IMG/VR virus record: IMGVR_UViG_3300005937_000267
Coordinates: 865 to 64,864 of that record
DNA length: 64,000 bases
Source: a virus
Taxonomy: Duplodnaviria > Caudoviricetes
Direction: 5' to 3' (one strand)
Below are positions 37,894-46,052 of this stretch, piece by piece. The notes under the pieces are model-generated. The model saw nothing but the letters and a program-made list of their open reading frames with translations. It did no database searches and was not told the origin of the DNA. A program made the translations under genes and the position numbers. Position 1 is the first letter of the stretch. Every line of letters starts with the position of its first letter.

Positions 37894-38102
37894 GGCGGCT
37901 ACTCGGGGGAGTACGTCGCCGGAGGAGCCCGGCCGAGAGGTGGGCGCTCGCGATCTTCAACGGGACCGCGGTCCTGCTGGTCTGCACCGTCTTGCTGATC
38001 GCCATGACGTCGTGTCGCCCGGCCGAGCCGAGGTACAACCGGACCACCGAGCTGCGCCAGGTGCCCACCGTCGGATGCGAAGACCCGACCCTCCTGCCTT
38101 GA
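37890..38102 (+). CDS. Membrane/lipoprotein-like protein
   Basis: Basic N-terminus, hydrophobic helix ending AMTSC. Confidence 0.5.
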   Translation: MRRLLGGVRRRRSPAERWALAIFNGTAVLLVCTVLLIAMTSCRPAEPRYNRTTELRQVPTVGCEDPTLLP

Positions 38103-38196
38103 TCGCCGTGAGATCTTATGGTTAGGTAGCTCCCGTTAGGCGAAGACATGCCGGCCGTTACTGACGGACGCCAGACGAGCTGAAAGAAGTGGACCC

Positions 38197-38373
38197 GTGG
38201 ACCCGGTCTCGGCAGGTACCGGCGCGATCTTGCCGTGGCCGATCATCGCCGAGGGACTGGCCGAAGATCATCCAGGATGGCTCGAGCCGGGCGAGCTCGG
38301 CGATCGCCAGCCCGGCGACGACGACGACGACGACGACGACCAGCCTCCCGACGATCGCTGGGGCGCGCGGTGA
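38197..38373 (+). CDS. Small acidic protein with poly-Asp
   Basis: GTG start; (GAC)8 tract; stop overlaps next GTG. Confidence 0.45.
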   Translation: MDPVSAGTGAILPWPIIAEGLAEDHPGWLEPGELGDRQPGDDDDDDDDQPPDDRWGAR

Positions 38374-38894
38374 GCACGTGGGGCGACGTCGCCGCCGACC
38401 GCAACCACCGCGACATCGGCGACTATCCGGACGACTTCTACGACGACCGCGGCAGGTGGGACTACGACCGCGACGACTACGACCTCCGGGACCGGGGCGA
38501 CGTCAAGTCCTCGATCTGGGACCGCGACGGGCACGCGCCGTACGACCAGGACTACCAAGATCGGATAGACGAGGAGAAGCGCCGGCAGGCCGAGGAGGAC
38601 GAGGCCAACCGCGACACGGGCTGGTTTGGCGACAAGACCCGCGACGTGCTGGGCGACCCGTGGCGCGGGGCGCAGGGCCGCTACCCGGGAGGACCGGACG
38701 ACCCGTACGGACGGAGATCCCAGAGCCGGGACCGCGTCAAGCGCGGCAGCAGCGTCCGCGTGGATCGCTTCGCCAGGAGCCGGCGCGCCCGCAGGCGCCG
38801 GATGCACCAGGCCGGGTGGTACCAGCCGCGGGACGCGTGGCGGGCCGCCAAGAAGAGCAAGCGGAAGATCACGAAGAGGGGCTTCTGGTTCTGA
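38370..38894 (+). CDS. Low-complexity D/R/Y/W-rich protein
   Basis: DYPDDFYDDRGRWDYDRDDYD acidic/aromatic half, basic C-terminal half. Confidence 0.55.
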   Translation: MSTWGDVAADRNHRDIGDYPDDFYDDRGRWDYDRDDYDLRDRGDVKSSIWDRDGHAPYDQDYQDRIDEEKRRQAEEDEANRDTGWFGDKTRDVLGDPWRGAQGRYPGGPDDPYGRRSQSRDRVKRGSSVRVDRFARSRRARRRRMHQAGWYQPRDAWRAAKKSKRKITKRGFWF

Positions 38895-39457
38895 TGATCG
38901 ACTTGTACCGGGTCGTCAGGTGGCTCGAGCCGAGCGTGGACAAGCAGATCCTGGTGCTCGGCGGCGAGCACAAGATCCTGGAGGTGAAGAAGCACTGGGC
39001 GGCCAGCATCTGGGCGATGCTGCGGCTGGTGGTCGCGGCCGGGCTGTACGTCTGGAACGCCCTCAACCCGGTGGAGTGGGCGTACTGGGTGGTCACCGCA
39101 GTGCTGATCATGGTGATGCTCCAGGCGCTGTGGCACGTCGCCGGCGAGTTCCGGGACCGGTTCGTGATCACCAACCAGCGGATCTTCCGGGTGAACGGCA
39201 TCCTGGGCACGGACCGGGCGAGCATCCCGATCCTGCGCATCCTGGACATCACGACGAAGCACCCGCTGATGGGGCGCATCCTGAACTACGGGCACTTCGT
39301 CTTCGAGTCGGCGGCGCAGATCCAGGGACTGTACGAGATCACGTACGTCCGGGACGTGGACTACCGCGAGCACGTGCTGCGGATGGCGATCCACGGCGAC
39401 GAGATGCACGAGCTCGTGCGCATGAGCGGCGACGACGAGGAGGACGACGGGACGTGA
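38894..39457 (+). CDS. Membrane protein with bacterial PH domain (bPH_2 / YdbS-like)
   Basis: Two TM helices then FVITNQRIF...SIPILRILDIT...GRILNYG. Confidence 0.75.
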   Translation: MIDLYRVVRWLEPSVDKQILVLGGEHKILEVKKHWAASIWAMLRLVVAAGLYVWNALNPVEWAYWVVTAVLIMVMLQALWHVAGEFRDRFVITNQRIFRVNGILGTDRASIPILRILDITTKHPLMGRILNYGHFVFESAAQIQGLYEITYVRDVDYREHVLRMAIHGDEMHELVRMSGDDEEDDGT

Positions 39458-39699
39458 TCGACTGCGTGGTGGTGTTCGTGATCGCGGGCGAGGAGAGGCG
39501 CCTGCCGGGCAAGATCAACGGTCACGGAGGGGCGTTCCTCGACGTCAGCGTGGACCCGACCGCGGTCGTCGTCGACTACCCGCCCAGCCAGATCGTCGCG
39601 GTGCACGTCCCGGACCAGAGCATCCCCGTGACGCGGCTGCTCGGCGCGCAGGCCGGGCCGACCATCCGGCTGATCATGACGGGCGGGCCGTCGCCGTGA
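39454..39699 (+). CDS. Hypothetical protein
   Basis: GTGA overlap, 81 aa. Confidence 0.5.
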   Translation: MIDCVVVFVIAGEERRLPGKINGHGGAFLDVSVDPTAVVVDYPPSQIVAVHVPDQSIPVTRLLGAQAGPTIRLIMTGGPSP

Positions 39700-40073
39700 T
39701 CGAGCTGCTGGGCACGGCGATGGTGACGATGGTCGTCGTCGCCTGGTCTCTGCTCGGCGCGTACGGCCTGCTCCGGCTCCGGTCGGACCTCGCGGCGCGG
39801 AGACCGAGGCCGAGGCCGAGGCCGGCGATCCCTGGCGATCGCGCGTCCCCGTGTCGCGACTGCGGGACGCTGATCATGGTCGAGCAAGAGTCATGGAACT
39901 GGCAGCTGGTCGACGAGCTGAGCTGGACCGAGACCGAGGACGAGTTACGCGGTGATGATCAGATCATCACGACCAAGGGCAAGTGGGAGCTGGACGAGAC
40001 CGCGCAGCGCTGCGACCTCTGCTCCGCGATCAGGCGCGCTGAGCTCGAGTACTACGGGTTCACCCGATCATGA
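39696..40073 (+). CDS. Membrane-anchored CxxC...CxxC protein carrying copied SSB and major-tail peptides
   Basis: TM helix; CRDC and CDLC flank VEQESWNWQ and LSWTETED-ELRGDDQIITTKGK-WEL. Confidence 0.75.
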   Translation: MIELLGTAMVTMVVVAWSLLGAYGLLRLRSDLAARRPRPRPRPAIPGDRASPCRDCGTLIMVEQESWNWQLVDELSWTETEDELRGDDQIITTKGKWELDETAQRCDLCSAIRRAELEYYGFTRS

Positions 40074-41374
40074 CTCGCCGCGTCGGCCCGACGCTGGAGG
40101 GCTCCCTCGCCGAGTGGCAGGAGGGGGAGACCACCCTCAGGGAGCTCGTCGGCGAGAAGGTGCGCCGGTTCTGCTGGGCGACGATCCCGCCGCTCAGCGT
40201 CGCGACGATGATCACCGGGACGATCGGGTGGGCCAAGTACCGGCTCGAGCAGACGATCAGCAGCGAGGAGCTCGCGACGATCATGACGCGAGTTGCGATG
40301 CTCGGCGTGCCGGGTCTCTCGGTGACCGTGGGCGTGCTGCTCATGTACGGCATGCACCTGGCCGAGACCATGCCGCCCATGTTCCTGGAGGAGGTCGCGC
40401 CGCTGGGTCCGAGGCGCTCGCCGGGAGACCTCGAGTCGTGGGAGCACTGGCTGTACCGGGGCGTGCGGGTCGGCCGCTGGCAGAGCCTGGACGGGTCGGG
40501 GAGAGCGGGCGCGATCGCCCGGATCCCGATCATGGACGAGCACGTGTTCGTCGCGGCGCGCACCCGGTGGGGGAAGTCCACCGTGGAGTGGGCGATTCTG
40601 GAGGACCTCGAGGAGGCGATCAAGCAGGGCGTCGTGCGGGTGATCTTGTTCGACCCGAAGAACGGCATGGAGATGGCCGCCGCGGTCAACCTCAAGTACG
40701 TCGCCCAGAGCGACTTCTACTTCGGCGAGGACGTCGGCGAGGTCGACCCTCACACGGGCAAGTGGGAGGGCCAGCTCTACGAGGAGACGTTCGTCAAGCC
40801 GCTCGAGGACCTGGTGCGCGAGATGCGCCGGCGCGCGGACAGGATCAGGTTCAAGGACCGCAGGCACCACGCGAAGCCGGGCGACCCGCACATCATCGTC
40901 ATGGTCGACGAGCTCGCCCAGCTGGTCCGCGAGACCACGCCGACTCCGGTCAAGAACCGGATCACCAACGCGATCTTGACGCTGTGCCACCAGGGCGCGG
41001 CCTGCGGCATCACGGTGATCGGCTGCACGCAGCACCCGAGCATCGAGGAGATCGGCCCGATCCGCCACGGCCTGACGTTCGGGCTGTGCGGCAAGGTCAA
41101 GTCGGCGAAGGCCGTGGACATGGTGCTCGGCGAGGGGAGCCGCCGGCTCGGCTCGAGGGCGGACAAGCTGGACCGGGAGATCACAGGCGTGTGGTACACC
41201 TCGGAGTCCGGGCCGATGGCGCTGCGCGCCCAGCACTCGGGTCCCGAGTTCGGCGAGGACGAGCCCCCGCCGGCCGACCGGCGACCGCCGCCGAGCGAGC
41301 GGGACGAGGAGGCGGCGGACCGGCTGTGGGAGCGCATGCGGTCGCGGCGCGCGGCTGATCGGATGGCGGCGTGA
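40070..41374 (+). CDS. FtsK/SpoIIIE (TraB-like) DNA translocase ATPase
   Basis: Two N-terminal TM helices; ARTRWGKS Walker A, ILFDPKNGME, IIVMVDE Walker B, GAACGITVIGCTQHP. Confidence 0.8.
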   Translation: MTRRVGPTLEGSLAEWQEGETTLRELVGEKVRRFCWATIPPLSVATMITGTIGWAKYRLEQTISSEELATIMTRVAMLGVPGLSVTVGVLLMYGMHLAETMPPMFLEEVAPLGPRRSPGDLESWEHWLYRGVRVGRWQSLDGSGRAGAIARIPIMDEHVFVAARTRWGKSTVEWAILEDLEEAIKQGVVRVILFDPKNGMEMAAAVNLKYVAQSDFYFGEDVGEVDPHTGKWEGQLYEETFVKPLEDLVREMRRRADRIRFKDRRHHAKPGDPHIIVMVDELAQLVRETTPTPVKNRITNAILTLCHQGAACGITVIGCTQHPSIEEIGPIRHGLTFGLCGKVKSAKAVDMVLGEGSRRLGSRADKLDREITGVWYTSESGPMALRAQHSGPEFGEDEPPPADRRPPPSERDEEAADRLWERMRSRRAADRMAA

Positions 41375-41829
41375 GCGCGGGCAGCAAGATCAGAGGGCGC
41401 GAGTACGTCGAGCTGCTCGAGGAGGTCGCGTCCGGCATGCCGCACGAGGAGATCGCGGAGCGCCACGGCCGGGCGTGGGGGACGATCGACAACTTCGCCA
41501 GCCAGCACCGGCGAGAGATCGAGGACCTCAAGGCGGCGCACGCGAGCGCGATCAGCCACCTGTGGATCACGCGCATGGAGCTCAGAGTCAGCGAGGCGAT
41601 GGCCCGGCACGAGGCGCTGACCGAGATGTTCTGGGAGATCATGGAGCCGGGGGGAAGGGGAGACAAGATCATCTCCCAGCCCGACGCGATCAAGCTCAGC
41701 GCGGAGCTGCGCGCGCTCGAGACCCAGGTCGCGGAGGAGTGCGGGCAGCGCCAGACGCGCGCGAAGAACGACGGCGGCCTGCCGGACGCGGTGGTGTGGA
41801 AGATCACGCAGGTGCCCGACCATGGCTGA
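41371..41829 (+). CDS. Terminase small subunit-like HTH protein (second copy)
   Basis: N-terminal HTH (PHEEIAERHGRAWGTIDNF), helical middle, directly upstream of TerL-like gene. Confidence 0.55.
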   Translation: MSAGSKIRGREYVELLEEVASGMPHEEIAERHGRAWGTIDNFASQHRREIEDLKAAHASAISHLWITRMELRVSEAMARHEALTEMFWEIMEPGGRGDKIISQPDAIKLSAELRALETQVAEECGQRQTRAKNDGGLPDAVVWKITQVPDHG

Positions 41830-43132
41830 GCACGAGTACGAGGCGCGCGGCCCGCACAGCAAGATCTTCGGCATGACGGACCGCGAGGTGCTGCTGTCCG
41901 GGCCGGCGAGCACCGGCGCCGACCGGGCGATCATGGAGAAGCTCGCGACGTGCGCCATGACGCACCGGGGCTTCCGCGGGCTGATCGTCCGCAAGGTGGA
42001 GAAGTCGCTGGCTCTCACGGTGATCCCGATCCTGGAGCGCAGGGTGCTCAGGGAGCTGATCGCGAGCCGCGGGGTGAAGTTCTTCAACGCCAGCACCAGG
42101 GAGCCGCAGCGGTACGAGTTCGGCAACGGGTCGGTGATCGTGGTCACCGGCATCGACGACTCGAGGAAGATCGCGGGCAGCGAGTGGGACATGGTCTGCG
42201 TGGTCAACGCGACGGACCTCGACCTGGTGGACTGGGAGGACCTGTCGATGAGCTGCTCCGGCGACGCCATGGGGTACACCCAGCTGATCGCGTGCACGCT
42301 CCCGGACAAGCCCGGACACTGGCTGAACCAGCGCTGCCGGGAGGGTCGGACGATCATGCTCGACTCCCGGCACGAGGACAACCCGGAGATCTACGCGCGG
42401 GCGGACGGGCACCTCAAGATCACGGACCACGGCCGCGTGATCTTGTCCAGGCTCAACGACCTCACCGGCGTGAACCGCTCGAGGAAGGCGCTCGGGCTGT
42501 GGGTGGACGCCGAGGGGATGATCTGGGAGAAGTGGGACCCGGCCATCCATCTGATCAACGACTACCCGCCGCCGATCGACTGGGCGCGGGTGTGGGGCGT
42601 CGACTGGGGCACCAAGCACCCGTGCGCGTGGGGTAACTGGGTGCGCGAGCCCGACGGCCGGATGACCGAGTACCAGGAGATCCTGATGACCGGCTGGACG
42701 GTCGAGCAGCTCGCCGAGACCATCCTGGACGCCACCACTCGGGACGGCCAGCCCAGACCCGAGGCGATCGTGGCGGACCACGACCTCGAGAACATCGCGA
42801 AGCTCGAGAAGATCTTGGCGCGGGAGTGGGGCTTCGAGTACGAGGTCACGCTCGCCAGGAAGGCCGTGAAGGCCGGCATCGACGCGTTCGCGAAGCGGCT
42901 CAAGAACCACGACGTCGCCGTCATGCGCGGAGCTCCGCTCTTCAGGGATCCCGCCCTGCTGGAGATGCAGCGCCCGACGTGCCTGGCCGAGCAGATCCCG
43001 TCGTACGTCTGGGCGGACGGCGGCAGGGACCAGCCGCTGAAGAGGGACGACGACTCCTGCGACCAGGCGCGGTACGTGATCATGTACGAGGACGCGGCCA
43101 CGGGTCGCTGGGTGAGGATGCGGGGAAGATGA
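41822..43132 (+). CDS. PBSX-type terminase large subunit paralog with degenerate ATPase motifs
   Basis: EVLLSGPASTGAD (GTGKS expected), LIVRK, FGNGSVI, VCVVNAT (xxE expected), SRHEDNP, GVDWG, DDSCDQARY. Confidence 0.8.
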   Translation: MAEHEYEARGPHSKIFGMTDREVLLSGPASTGADRAIMEKLATCAMTHRGFRGLIVRKVEKSLALTVIPILERRVLRELIASRGVKFFNASTREPQRYEFGNGSVIVVTGIDDSRKIAGSEWDMVCVVNATDLDLVDWEDLSMSCSGDAMGYTQLIACTLPDKPGHWLNQRCREGRTIMLDSRHEDNPEIYARADGHLKITDHGRVILSRLNDLTGVNRSRKALGLWVDAEGMIWEKWDPAIHLINDYPPPIDWARVWGVDWGTKHPCAWGNWVREPDGRMTEYQEILMTGWTVEQLAETILDATTRDGQPRPEAIVADHDLENIAKLEKILAREWGFEYEVTLARKAVKAGIDAFAKRLKNHDVAVMRGAPLFRDPALLEMQRPTCLAEQIPSYVWADGGRDQPLKRDDDSCDQARYVIMYEDAATGRWVRMRGR

Positions 43133-43208
43133 GGGACCGGGATGTCGACAGCTCGCCCGGTCTCCCGGTAGGATGGGGTGAGGACCGGCAGACGAGAGGA
43201 AGACGATC

Positions 43209-43571
43209 ATGGCGGGGAGCACGACCAACGGTCAGGAGGACTTCGCTGCCGTGCTGCAGGAGCGCGGCGAGCACATGCGCAGGCCCGGCAGGCGGTACGT
43301 GACCAGAGACCACCCGCAGATGGGGCTGCGGGGCGAGCTCAGAGAGATCGAGGACGTTCAGATGGTACTGGGCGATCGTCCGGTGGAGGACAGGGGCAGC
43401 GGTGCCAGGGCGGATGCCATACCGGCCCGCCCTGGCGTCGCGCACGACGCCCGGGGGTTCGGCGCGCCGTTCCAAGTCTGGGCGATCGACCCCGAGACGA
43501 TCGAGGGGATGGAGATCGTCGAGCGGGCGTGGCCGATAGTCGATCGCGACCCGCGAGGGAGGCTCCCGTGA
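43209..43571 (+). CDS. Hypothetical protein
   Basis: ATG after GAGAGGAAG RBS. Confidence 0.5.
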   Translation: MAGSTTNGQEDFAAVLQERGEHMRRPGRRYVTRDHPQMGLRGELREIEDVQMVLGDRPVEDRGSGARADAIPARPGVAHDARGFGAPFQVWAIDPETIEGMEIVERAWPIVDRDPRGRLP

Positions 43572-43714
43572 TCCTGCTGATCTTGTACGCGGCTATGATC
43601 GTCTCGTGGGCGATCTTGGGCGAGCTGGCCCACCGCATGCCGATGCGGCACCGCGACGACGGCTTCGTGAGGGGCCTGGTCGCGTGGCGCCGCGAGAAGC
43701 GAGAAATGTTATAG
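43568..43714 (+). CDS. Small TM protein
   Basis: GTGA overlap; hydrophobic N-terminus. Confidence 0.45.
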   Translation: MILLILYAAMIVSWAILGELAHRMPMRHRDDGFVRGLVAWRREKREML

Positions 43715-43715
43715 A

Positions 43716-43749
43716 GCCGAGCTTCCCGGCCATCTCATAACAGCTCGGC
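43716..43749 (+). terminator. Hairpin ending the accessory island
   Basis: GCCGAGCT-N18-AGCTCGGC inverted repeat immediately after last island stop. Confidence 0.4.
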
Positions 43750-43894
43750 AACACAGAGGACCCGCGACCCGCCGGACGGTAGAGTTCCGTCGGAGCCGGC
43801 CGCCCTACCCCCGGGGGAAGAGCCGCTCCTCGTCTGGCGGGTCGCGCTTGCTCGGGTCCACGGCTGGCGCGGCTCGCCGCGATATGATCTCATC

Positions 43895-44383
43895 GTGGCC
43901 GTTCCCAGCTTCAGCGAGATGTACGCCTCCGTGCAGGAGGGCCGGCGCGCGCTGACCCGTCCCCAGCAGTTCGCGCGAGGCTTGATCACGACGGACGACC
44001 TGGACGACGAGGAGCTCGCCCGGCAGCAGGTGCGCGAGGACGACGGGTCGTTCTCCCGGACGCGTCCCGCCATGCCGACCGACAGGATCAGCGAGATGCA
44101 GCGGGCGCTGCTGGCTCGCGGGAACGACGTGTTCAAGCGGGCGTTCATCAAGGCGACCGAGACGATGATGGAGATCTGCACAGATCCGAACGTCGAGGCG
44201 AGGACCCGGCTGGCGGCCGCGAAGATGATCGTCGACAAGGTGGCCCCGACCGCCACGGTGATCGAGATCAAGCCGAGCGACCCGGTGATCGAGTTCTTCC
44301 GCGGGATCACGGAAGACGGCGCGACGGAGACGATCAGTGGTACGATCGTCCCGGACGTGCCCGAGATCACCACAGGAGACTAG
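43895..44383 (+). CDS. terS: Terminase small subunit
   Basis: DDLDDEELAR...DDGSF motif of actinophage TerS; upstream of intact TerL. Confidence 0.6.
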   Translation: MAVPSFSEMYASVQEGRRALTRPQQFARGLITTDDLDDEELARQQVREDDGSFSRTRPAMPTDRISEMQRALLARGNDVFKRAFIKATETMMEICTDPNVEARTRLAAAKMIVDKVAPTATVIEIKPSDPVIEFFRGITEDGATETISGTIVPDVPEITTGD

Positions 44384-44584
44384 ATGGCCGGCGAGTTCGT
44401 ACCCGATCCCCCTCACAGTCAAGATCAAGAGGCGAAGAAGCTGCTCCGTCGCAACGCGGGAGGCCGCGGCTCGGCGACTAAGCCCGCCCCCCAGCTCACC
44501 AAGTCCAACGGGCGCGTGGGCGCCAGGGTCGGCGGCAGGCGGGTGGCCTCCGGCGCGACCACCGTGCGTGGCGGCGCTTGGTAG
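44384..44584 (+). CDS. Small basic hypothetical protein
   Basis: Fills gap between terS and terL. Confidence 0.4.
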   Translation: MAGEFVPDPPHSQDQEAKKLLRRNAGGRGSATKPAPQLTKSNGRVGARVGGRRVASGATTVRGGAW

Positions 44585-46052
44585 CCGCGCGACGCTCCTC
44601 CCCCCGCGGGTCGTAACCGAGGACTTCGCGTACCGCAAGATCAACTGGCGACCGCACGAGGGCCAGCGTCGCGTGATCGACGCGCGGGTGCGCAACCGGG
44701 TGCTGGCGGCCGGCAGGCGGTTCGGCAAGAGCGAGATCGGCGGCACCAAGCTCGTCCACGAGGCGATGAACACCCGGCTCGCGGTCTCGATGCTGGAGGA
44801 CCTCGGCAAGCGCCGCGAGTTCTGGATCATCGGGCCGACGTACACCGACTCCGAGAAGGAGTTCCGGGTCATGTACAACTCCCTCTCCAAGATCGGGATC
44901 GCGGACTACTTCGACCGGCCCGGGACGTACAACGACCCCATCGGCGGCAACATGCACGCCAGCCTGTGGGGAGGCCGGTTCCAGGTCCACGCCAAGAGCG
45001 CCCAGCACCCCGAGAGCCTCGTCGGAGAGGGTCTGTCGGGGGCGATCCTAGCGGAGGCCGCGAAGCTCAAGGAGACCGTCTACAGCAGGTTCATCCGGCC
45101 CACTCTCGCCGACTTCAACGGCTGGTGCCTGATGACCTCGACCCCGGAGGGCAAGAACTGGTTCTATGAGATGTGGCGCCGCGGCCAGGACCCAAAATAC
45201 GCCGACTGGTGGAGCCTCAGAGCCCCCGCCTGGCTGAACCCCTACGTCTACCCCGGCGGAGGGTCCTTCGACGCGGTCGAGCGGTACCGGGAGCTGTTCC
45301 TCGCGGGGGCGCCCCGCGATCACGTCGAGATAGACGCCGAGATCGCGGCACTCGTCGAGGACCTGACCGACGAGGCTTTTGACCAAGAGATCGGAGCCGA
45401 CTTCACTACCTTCGTCGGCAGGGTCTTCAAGGAGTTCGACGAAGAGATCCACGTCACTGACCTCGAGTACGTGCCGGGGTGGCCCACGTACGCCGCGGTG
45501 GACTACGGCTTCACCAATCCTAACGTGTGGTTGCTCATCCAGGAGGACCCTCACGCCGAGATCGTCAACGTGCTCGGCGAGGTGTACCAGCCCGGGCTGG
45601 CTCCGGACGAGTTCGCGGACGAGATCATCTCCCGGCGACTGTGCCCCGGAGACGTGATCGCGTTCTACCCGGACCCGGCGTCCCCGGGGGACACCGCGAT
45701 CCTGGAGAAGAAGCTCAGGATCCGGCACCGGGGGAGCACCGGCGGGGAGATCAAGTTCCGGATCGACGCCATCCGCAAGTGGATGCGGTGGAAGCATCCC
45801 CACCTGCCGCACGACCACGAGGAGAACCGTCCCAAGCTCCAGTTCGACAGGTCGTGCGTGCGCACGATCATGGACATGCTGAACTACCGGTACGCCCAGA
45901 AGAGGAGCGAGACCACCGGCGAGCCGGAGAATCCGATGAAGAGAGACGATCACGGCCCGGAGGCTCTCGGACGATTCTTCGCGGGAAGGTTCGGAACCCC
46001 GGATAGGGTAGCCCGCAGGCCGAGACAGAGGAGGGCGTCGATCAGTGGTTGA
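44568..46052 (+). CDS. terL: Terminase large subunit
   Basis: AAGRRFGKS Walker A, ILAEAA Walker B, TSTPEG, AVDYGFTNP, DDHGPEAL; followed by portal. Confidence 0.92.
   Translation: MAALGSRATLLPPRVVTEDFAYRKINWRPHEGQRRVIDARVRNRVLAAGRRFGKSEIGGTKLVHEAMNTRLAVSMLEDLGKRREFWIIGPTYTDSEKEFRVMYNSLSKIGIADYFDRPGTYNDPIGGNMHASLWGGRFQVHAKSAQHPESLVGEGLSGAILAEAAKLKETVYSRFIRPTLADFNGWCLMTSTPEGKNWFYEMWRRGQDPKYADWWSLRAPAWLNPYVYPGGGSFDAVERYRELFLAGAPRDHVEIDAEIAALVEDLTDEAFDQEIGADFTTFVGRVFKEFDEEIHVTDLEYVPGWPTYAAVDYGFTNPNVWLLIQEDPHAEIVNVLGEVYQPGLAPDEFADEIISRRLCPGDVIAFYPDPASPGDTAILEKKLRIRHRGSTGGEIKFRIDAIRKWMRWKHPHLPHDHEENRPKLQFDRSCVRTIMDMLNYRYAQKRSETTGEPENPMKRDDHGPEALGRFFAGRFGTPDRVARRPRQRRASISG

Noticed and set aside
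38145-38190. Possible hammerhead or riboswitch near CTGACGG...GAAA
   Set aside because: Core CUGAnGA is not matched and no supporting stems were found
39879-39994. Self-matching fragments as CRISPR spacers or a diversity-generating retroelement VR/TR pair
   Set aside because: No flanking direct repeats, no reverse transcriptase, and mismatches are not adenine-specific; they are synonymous and in frame
41822-43132. Dead terminase as a simple sequencing error or decaying pseudogene
   Set aside because: Multiple multi-nucleotide changes hit separate catalytic motifs while the 436-codon frame and gene overlaps stay intact
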